From Gammaproteobacteria bacterium (lineage in GTDB: Bacteria; Pseudomonadota; Gammaproteobacteria; SZUA-229), in contig JAJRUQ010000118.1 of assembly GCA_024277705.1 (NCBI GenBank), forward strand, positions 1-56,196: a DNA stretch of 56,196 nucleotides, written 5' to 3'. The notes beneath the pieces are model-generated. The model was not told where the DNA came from. It ran no database searches and saw only the letters and a list, made by a program, of their open reading frames with translations. How positions within the stretch are numbered: the stretch's first letter is position 1; each line of letters opens with the position of its first letter. Shown here piece by piece: positions 50,197 to 56,196 of the stretch. Made by a program: the position numbers and the translations under genes.

Positions 50197-50231
50197 AAAA
50201 GGTGAGTCATCTAAAATGACTCACCTTTTTT
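50197..50231 (+). terminator. intrinsic terminator after the Fe-S carrier gene
   Basis: AAAAGGTGAGTCAT-CTAAA-ATGACTCACCTTTT is a perfect 14-bp stem, followed by a T-run. Confidence 0.8.
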
Positions 50232-50297
50232 ATTGCCTGAAGACTTTAACCGGCCGGCAATTACCAGCACTGATTAGCAACAGAATATCATTACAAT

Positions 50298-51545
50298 ATG
50301 TCTGAACAAGCCCGCAAACACCTGTTACTTATTTCAAATCATAACAGCTATCGCATTGCCCCTTATATTAAAGCGGCACACAATCTCGGTCTGCAGGTAA
50401 GCATTGCCTCTGAAGGCAAACATTCACTGGTTTCAGAAGTTGCCAATGGTTTGCATATCAACTTTAATGACACTGCCACGGCACGACAAACCATTCTGCA
50501 GGCTCATGCTGAAAATCCTTTTGCCGGCATTCTTGGCAGTGATGACCAGACCGTGGAACTGGCTGCACAAGTAGCTAAAACCCTCAATTTACCGCATAAC
50601 CCGCCACAGGCAGCCTTATGCACCCAACGCAAGGATCTGGCACGCGCGCAACTGTCACTGAATGGCAGCCCGGTTCCGCTGCACTGTTTGCTTGATTTGA
50701 ATTTACCGCTAACAAAACAAATGGCGGGTCTGCCCTGGCCCTGCGTGTTAAAACCGCTGAACATGTCTGCCAGCCGTGGGGTTATCCGGGTTAACAACGA
50801 AAATGAGTTTATCGCCGCCTGCGAGCGCTTACGCCCGATAGTTGCTAGCGCACAGGGTGAATTTGAACAGCACCATCTGTTAATCGAGGAGTACATTGAC
50901 GGCATTGAGATTGCTTATGAAGCTTATTTGCACAATGGCAAACTCAGCACCATCACCCTGTTCGACAAACCCGATCCTTTAGTCGGCCCCTATTTTGCGG
51001 AAACCATTTATGTCACACCCAGCGGTTTATCTGCGCATATGCAAGATGAAATCAAACACCTTATTCAACAGGCCTGCAAAGCTTATGGTTTGAGTACCGG
51101 TATTATTCATGCCGAATGTCGCATCGATAACAATGACAAAGTCTGGATTCTGGAAATTGCCTCACGCACCATCGGTGGTGACTGCGCAAGAATGCTCGAT
51201 AGCGAAAACTTCACCATCGAGGAGCTGGCTATTTCACTGACCACCGGGTCACCGCTGAAGACCGAAATGCTACCGTCAGCCCGTGGAGTGATGATGATTC
51301 CGATATTAGAAAAAGGTCTGTTAAAACGCGTTGAGGGATTACTGCAGGCAAACAAGGTCGAGCATATTGATAACATTGATATCATCATTCGCCAGGGGCA
51401 TGAACTCATCCCGCTGCCGGAAGGCAATCAATACCTCGGTTATATTTTTGCCAGTGCAGAAAACGCTACGCAGGTAACACAAGCACTACGCACGGCTTAT
51501 GCGCACCTTGAGTTTATCACCGCACCGCTATTCAGGATTTTATAG
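50298..51545 (+). CDS. stand-alone ATP-grasp ligase-like protein
   Basis: It has a pre-ATP-grasp N-domain and ATP-grasp core blocks (VLKPLNMSASRGV, LIEEYIDGIE, HAECRI....WILEIASR). Confidence 0.72.
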   Translation: MSEQARKHLLLISNHNSYRIAPYIKAAHNLGLQVSIASEGKHSLVSEVANGLHINFNDTATARQTILQAHAENPFAGILGSDDQTVELAAQVAKTLNLPHNPPQAALCTQRKDLARAQLSLNGSPVPLHCLLDLNLPLTKQMAGLPWPCVLKPLNMSASRGVIRVNNENEFIAACERLRPIVASAQGEFEQHHLLIEEYIDGIEIAYEAYLHNGKLSTITLFDKPDPLVGPYFAETIYVTPSGLSAHMQDEIKHLIQQACKAYGLSTGIIHAECRIDNNDKVWILEIASRTIGGDCARMLDSENFTIEELAISLTTGSPLKTEMLPSARGVMMIPILEKGLLKRVEGLLQANKVEHIDNIDIIIRQGHELIPLPEGNQYLGYIFASAENATQVTQALRTAYAHLEFITAPLFRIL

Positions 51546-51694
51546 CAGGGTCGCTGGTTTGCGAACATTAGCAGTACCTCAGGTCTTATCAGACAAACAG
51601 GATACCGTACGGCTTCAACAGCCCGCATTAAACCCTGATCGAGCTCTGAAAACTTTTATAAAATTAATTAGTCTGCCCTGATTCGCAGCAAAAA

Positions 51695-51783
51695 GTATTC
51701 GCCTGTCATCTCGACCAGCAGAATGAGATCTTGAAAAAAGTGTTCGCCTGTCATCTCGACCAGCGGGAGAGATCTTGAAAGTC
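51695..51783. repeat. two tandem ~45-bp direct repeats
   Basis: The two units are GTATTCGCCTGTCATCTCGACCAGCAGAATGAGATCTTGAAAAAA and GTGTTCGCCTGTCATCTCGACCAGCGGGAGAGATCTTGAAAGTC. A 10-bp-stem hairpin ATATTGCTGT/ACAGCAATAT follows at about 51814-51839. Confidence 0.7.
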
Positions 51784-52020
51784 CGGATAACCACAGTCTT
51801 AAGATCCCTCGTCATATTGCTGTAAAAACACAGCAATATTCTGTCGGAATGACACTAACGTCCGGCACTAAAGTACGTCGTTTTAACCAGCGTACAGTGA
51901 CAATGTATCCAGTGTTTTACGTGCGTAGTGTGCAAACAAAAAAGTTTTTCTTCGCGCCTTCTGCATTTTGATAACGGCTCTGCGTTATTCTACTTACGGG
52001 CATCCTGCCCTGTTTCGCGG

Positions 52021-52048
52021 CAAAAATTTATCTTTGCGGGAAGATAAA
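52021..52048 (-). terminator. intrinsic terminator after yggX
   Basis: The minus-strand sequence reads TTTATCTT-CCCGCA-AAGATAAA followed by TTTTTG, immediately after the TAG stop. Confidence 0.55.
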
Positions 52049-52339
52049 CTACTTCTTGCCACCACCACCGCCAGCCTGGAAACCGGCAGGTGCCTGACCA
52101 TGATCGCCTTCGCCAAAGAAAAAACCCAGCATGTGTTTTTCTATCAACTCAAGATTTTTTGGATCTGCGGTATTCAATCCGTTTTCATTGATAATGGTTG
52201 TTAAACGTTCAAGCCATTGTTTCCAGCCTTCCTGGGAAACATTTTCAAATATACGTACACCCAGTTCACCCGGATGCGGGGGCGCATCCATACCTTCTGC
52301 TTCAACTTTTAATACTACACACTGCACTCTGTTCGCCAT
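52049..52339 (-). CDS. yggX: Fe(2+)-trafficking protein YggX
   Basis: CVVLKVEAEGMD..PHPGELGVRIFENVSQEGWKQWLERLTTIINE parallels E. coli YggX as I recall it (C.FL..EAEG.D...YPGELGKRIYNEISKEAW.QW). It has an extra Gly-rich tail. Confidence 0.85.
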   Translation of the reverse strand: MANRVQCVVLKVEAEGMDAPPHPGELGVRIFENVSQEGWKQWLERLTTIINENGLNTADPKNLELIEKHMLGFFFGEGDHGQAPAGFQAGGGGGKK

Positions 52340-52347
52340 TTTAACCT

Positions 52348-53424
52348 CTAAATATTTTCTTCATACTTTTTCAATAATACGCCATCATCGCCACAGCAAC
52401 TGGCAGCGCATTGTTTAATCTGATGTAATTCTTCTGCGCTACTGTTTAAATAAACCTCAATCGGCTGATTTTCAGTGGCGCAATCACAGCCCTTGTCATT
52501 ATACACGTAAACATTACGTAATCCGGCACGTTTTGCCTGTGCCTGCGCAGTAAACAACATGTGTTCCGGTGTTGCCGGGACATCACTTAGTTGATAGGCC
52601 GGGAAGAAACGGGTGACATGCCAGGGACTGTCGGCCCCCAGATTATCCCTTATCCAGCAGGCAATCTTGTAATGTTCCTCTGCATCATCATTTTTACCCG
52701 GAATAATATTGGTGCGGGTTTCCACATGAATACCCAGATCATGAGCTTTCTTAATGGATGACAGCACCTGTTTGACGGTTGAAGCACGGCAGATATCTTT
52801 ATAAAAATCATCTGACATGCTTTTAATATCGGAACACAGTACATCGATGTTACCGGCGATCAGTTCCAGTGCTTCATCAGTAACAAAACTGTTCGACACA
52901 TAAACAGTATACAGCCCTGCCTGATGAGCCAGCTGGCAGACATCAAGTACATATTCCAGCCAGACCGCAGGCTCTGAATAAGTAAAGGCAATGCCCTGTA
53001 CGCCTGCATTCAGTGCCGCAGCAACCAGTTTTTGTGGTGGCACCCAGGCTTCGGCCGACTGGCCTTTTGCCAGATCATCGAGTGCTTCAACACCCCATGA
53101 AATCTCCAGATTATGGCAACCGCCACAGCGGAAGCTGCAGCCATAACTGCCGACAGACATCACTTTGCTACCAGGGCGATAATGTTTTACCGGTTTTTCT
53201 TCTATAAGATCAATATCAATGGCCGACAGGATACCGTAGGAAAGGTTATACAAGGTACCGTTTCTGTTGACATGTGCCTGACAGAATCCGCGCTGGCCAT
53301 GACCTATTTTGCAACGCCACAAACACAGGTTACAGCGGGTGGTACCATTTTCCATTTTTTCCTGAAGACGGGTTTCGACCAGGCGATATTGTTGTGCAGC
53401 AGATTCTGACATAAATTTTACCAT
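52348..53424 (-). CDS. radical SAM enzyme of the AmmeMemoRadiSam / PflA-like (COG1180) type
   Basis: An N-terminal Cys cluster (CNLCLWRCKIGHGQRGFC) and the CxxxCxxC motif in GSYGCSFRCGGCHNLEISW match the family pattern I recall (C.LCP..C....G..G.C ... GCNLRCKFCQNWEIS). The C-terminus is Cys-rich. Alternative starts are TTG 53433 and ATG 53412. Confidence 0.78.
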   Translation of the reverse strand: MVKFMSESAAQQYRLVETRLQEKMENGTTRCNLCLWRCKIGHGQRGFCQAHVNRNGTLYNLSYGILSAIDIDLIEEKPVKHYRPGSKVMSVGSYGCSFRCGGCHNLEISWGVEALDDLAKGQSAEAWVPPQKLVAAALNAGVQGIAFTYSEPAVWLEYVLDVCQLAHQAGLYTVYVSNSFVTDEALELIAGNIDVLCSDIKSMSDDFYKDICRASTVKQVLSSIKKAHDLGIHVETRTNIIPGKNDDAEEHYKIACWIRDNLGADSPWHVTRFFPAYQLSDVPATPEHMLFTAQAQAKRAGLRNVYVYNDKGCDCATENQPIEVYLNSSAEELHQIKQCAASCCGDDGVLLKKYEENI

Positions 53425-53429
53425 AGTGT

Positions 53430-54317
53430 TCAAGCTGTTATTTTATCAGTGTATGTGGCAATTAACACGCCACCATTGCAAGGGATATAAATCCTGCTCG
53501 CTTGCACCTCTGGCGAATCCAGTGTTTGATTATTATCGTAATCCAGCGCTTTTATTAAATACAGCAAACCATCGCGATGCTGCTGTCGATAATGGTATGG
53601 ATAAAGAACAGAAAAAGCCCGGGTGGCACACATAAAATTGTAGTTATGGCGTGCATCATAAGCCGTATTGAGAGAAAAATCAGATGGTTGTGGAAAGGAA
53701 TAATAAGAGGCCAGATGATTATCCTGCCTGACCGGCTGCAGCGTATCCTCAACAAGACGATTGACTAATTCAGGCAAAAGTTCAGCACCTGCCTGCGCCA
53801 GCAGAAAACTGATCTGTTGATAAGTGAAGCCATCTTCAGCAAACACTTTTTTTTGTGCCACGATATCACCGGCATCAAATGCCTGAATGACCCGGTGCCA
53901 GCTTACGCCTAATTCGGCCGCCTGCTGCATTTGCCAGAAGACCGGTTCCGGTCCCCGGTATGCCGGTAATAATGACGGGTGCAGGTTATAACAGCCTTTA
54001 CCGGCAAGATGAATAATTGCCTCAGGTAAGCGTTTGCTATAACACGACATGATTATCAGGTCGACAGACAGTGTACTGCAGAGGTTTATGATTTCATCGT
54101 CAGACCGAGATAAATCAATAACAGGAATACCTGCTTTTTGCGCAGCCAGTGCCAGCGATTCATTTTGCAGTACAATTATTTTATGCTGCAAGACCGCCGG
54201 CTGATATACCCCGGCTGCCACAATAGTATATTGGCTATGTGCAGTTTCCAGAGCAAGTAATTTTTTGAACGGCAATAAGGATAAAACGCCCGAAGAACCG
54301 ATATATAAAATATTCAT
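53430..54317 (-). CDS. formyltransferase-family protein (Fmt/PurN-like fold)
   Basis: It has the YNLHPSLLPAYRGPEP motif (N/H of the formyltransferase catalytic triad) and a downstream Asp (FDAGDIV). At 295 aa it includes a C-terminal domain. Its stop abuts the radical SAM start. Confidence 0.72.
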   Translation of the reverse strand: MNILYIGSSGVLSLLPFKKLLALETAHSQYTIVAAGVYQPAVLQHKIIVLQNESLALAAQKAGIPVIDLSRSDDEIINLCSTLSVDLIIMSCYSKRLPEAIIHLAGKGCYNLHPSLLPAYRGPEPVFWQMQQAAELGVSWHRVIQAFDAGDIVAQKKVFAEDGFTYQQISFLLAQAGAELLPELVNRLVEDTLQPVRQDNHLASYYSFPQPSDFSLNTAYDARHNYNFMCATRAFSVLYPYHYRQQHRDGLLYLIKALDYDNNQTLDSPEVQASRIYIPCNGGVLIATYTDKITA

Positions 54318-54348
54318 CGGGCATCGCTCATCCGTTTACAGTCATCGT

Positions 54349-56196
54349 TTATAAATGAATGACTTCCAGCCCCAGGTCACCGACTTCTTCATAAGTGGCA
54401 GCACTGGTAATAACCGCAATACTGGCTTCACCATTTTTAAGATAGGTTTCGGTGACACGCTTCAGGTCATCGATGCTGACCTTCAACACACGCTGACGAA
54501 AGCTCTGTAATTTATCCCGGCTGCGGCCATGTAATGAATTATGGAAAGCTGCCCTGGCTTCACCGGCAGGTGAGCCCGGCTTGTCCATACTGCCAACCAC
54601 GCCCAGGATGGCTTCTTCCAGCTGGCGTTCATCATGTTTATTATCTAACATCCAGTTAATCGCCTTATCGAAATCATCAAGGGTTTCGAGCAAACGTGGA
54701 TCACGATAGGAATAGAATTTAAACGCCGCATTATTTGTATCCTGCGAAGCACCACCGCCATAAGCACCACCCTGTTCACGTATCGCGGTATGCAGATAAC
54801 CGTTACGTAAAAAACCACCTAATACCGATAATGCGGCAGCATCATTATGTTCCATGGTTACCGTAGCATAGGCTTTGGCACAGAAATTAACCTGGGTATT
54901 GGCTACCCACATCTGTTTTGTCTGCTGCTTTATTTCCGGCAGCGTTAATGGCTCGCTGTTATCGTCATCAATGTTTGTCCACACCGTTTCAAACTCTTTG
55001 ATTACTGCATCCATCTTGTCGCCTTCTGCAGTAATCATGTAATTTTTTGCTGCCGCTTTGATTTTTTCGTGTATCGAAGAAAACAATGCGATCGTCTGTT
55101 TGATACCGGCAGCATCGGATTTTTTATTAGAATCATCCAGAGCTTTGAGAAATTGAATACCTGCCAGACCACCATACTGATGGTGCAGCATAGCTGTCGG
55201 GCTTAAACCACTGGCAGCCGCGGTCATCGCCAGTGTATGACCACTGCCGGTAACACTGCGTTCACGACGTGAGCGCATCTGGGTAATCAGTTCAACAATG
55301 CGTTCTTCTTCATCAAAGCGTACATCGTTTAAAGTCTGCCACATCAGTTCAGCCAGCTTTTTATTATTACGGTTTAAAGCCTTGCCGCTGAATAAATAAT
55401 AGGCACGAATCTTTTGTTCGTTATCGGTATAAGCACGAATACTGTGTGAAGCATGGATGCCACCACTGACACTGGACTGCCATTCCTGCATTTGTAAATA
55501 ATCGTTATCACCACAACCCGGCTCGGTTAAACATGATGCATAATACGGTAATAACGCCAGATCATCATCCGTTAATGCCGGCAACTGGCAAATAATTTCG
55601 TGGTACACCAGGCCATTGGTTCCCTGTTTATAAACAGTAGAATCGGTACCGGCAATAGTTGTTGCTGTCGCCGGCGGAATTTTCACTTCTGCAGGAACAT
55701 CTTCAAGGCCGACTTTAGGCAGCATCTCCGGGTTGTCTTCCTGCGTCTGACGCTCGGCCAGTGCTTTCGCCCGGGCGATAACCTGCTGTTTATCCTGCTC
55801 ACTCATCTCTGCTTTCATTGCGGCCAGATGATCTTTTTCTGCCTGTTCTTTTCGCTGACTCAGGTTTTCATCCGGGCGTAGCGTTAAACGCACACGATGC
55901 TGGTTTTCCAGCAACAGTTCACGTACCAGATTTTTTATAAATTCAGGGTCTTTGATATCTTCTCTTAAAGAATCAATTACCGGATCAAGATTTAACAGTG
56001 ATGCCGGATCACTGCGATGAATGGCTGCGGTTAAACCATTAAGAATCAACTGCAGACCGAAAGGATAGCCGTCACCACCGACTTCACGCTGACTTAATTC
56101 CAGCTGATGTAACACCGCTTCCAGTTTTTCATGCGGTATACCATGGCTTGCGACATCCGTTAAAACACCGAGCACCAGCTCTTCAAAAGCTTTGGC
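54349..56196 (-). CDS. M16C (PreP/Cym1-like) metallopeptidase, C-terminal portion; 5' end lies outside the window
   Basis: The frame stays open to the window edge. It shows M16C-associated domain features (LHQLELSQRE, GGAYGGGA). The zinc-binding HxxEH region is not in the window. Confidence 0.75.
   Translation of the reverse strand, partial: AKAFEELVLGVLTDVASHGIPHEKLEAVLHQLELSQREVGGDGYPFGLQLILNGLTAAIHRSDPASLLNLDPVIDSLREDIKDPEFIKNLVRELLLENQHRVRLTLRPDENLSQRKEQAEKDHLAAMKAEMSEQDKQQVIARAKALAERQTQEDNPEMLPKVGLEDVPAEVKIPPATATTIAGTDSTVYKQGTNGLVYHEIICQLPALTDDDLALLPYYASCLTEPGCGDNDYLQMQEWQSSVSGGIHASHSIRAYTDNEQKIRAYYLFSGKALNRNNKKLAELMWQTLNDVRFDEEERIVELITQMRSRRERSVTGSGHTLAMTAAASGLSPTAMLHHQYGGLAGIQFLKALDDSNKKSDAAGIKQTIALFSSIHEKIKAAAKNYMITAEGDKMDAVIKEFETVWTNIDDDNSEPLTLPEIKQQTKQMWVANTQVNFCAKAYATVTMEHNDAAALSVLGGFLRNGYLHTAIREQGGAYGGGASQDTNNAAFKFYSYRDPRLLETLDDFDKAINWMLDNKHDERQLEEAILGVVGSMDKPGSPAGEARAAFHNSLHGRSRDKLQSFRQRVLKVSIDDLKRVTETYLKNGEASIAVITSAATYEEVGDLGLEVIHL

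Noticed and set aside
1-56196. The window was checked for a defence island, prophage or IS element.
   Set aside because: I recognise no integrase, transposase, nuclease/helicase/methylase combinations, phage structural genes or cas genes. All large ORFs have housekeeping or metabolic assignments, apart from those listed as findings.

Overview
The window reads as a mostly core chromosomal segment of a chemolithoautotrophic gammaproteobacterium; the taxon cannot be fixed from sequence alone. GC content looks moderate by eye.

Recognisable content, left to right:
- An assimilatory nitrate reductase (nasA).
- A form II RuBisCO module: cbbM-cbbQ-cbbO plus one unknown small gene, with divergent cbbR.
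- A large PAS-GGDEF-EAL signalling protein.
- purEK, pncC, mutS, nadK-recN and cspA.
- The yceD-rpmF-plsX-fabH cluster with divergent maf.
- A long glyA / nrdR-ribD-X-ribE-ribBA-ribH-nusB-thiL-pgpA-protease gene string.
- A GT2(GtrA)/GT39 glycosylation pair, a SulP/STAS transporter, an A-type Fe-S carrier and a lone ATP-grasp gene.
- A tight M16 peptidase - formyltransferase-like - radical SAM - yggX operon.

I found no rRNA, tRNA, CRISPR array, transposase, integrase or recognisable defence system.

Things worth a second look:
1. A proteasome/HslV-like Ntn hydrolase is embedded in the riboflavin operon.
2. An AmmeMemoRadiSam-type radical SAM enzyme sits next to a formyltransferase homologue instead of its usual partners.
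3. A three-gene ABC export operon is decaying by three different lesions: three in-frame nonsense codons, an in-frame Walker B deletion and a 5' truncation.
4. An uncharacterised fourth gene lies in the cbbMQO unit.
5. Several families of intergenic hairpin repeats occur, some built from tandem 9-mers, and they occupy the cbb spacers, rpmF-plsX and nadK-recN.
6. An orphan higA carries twin TATAACG-N5-CGTTATA operators.
7. attC-like palindromes and a startless ORF fragment sit at the left edge.

None of these is proven novel. All family assignments come from motif recognition by eye, not from searches.
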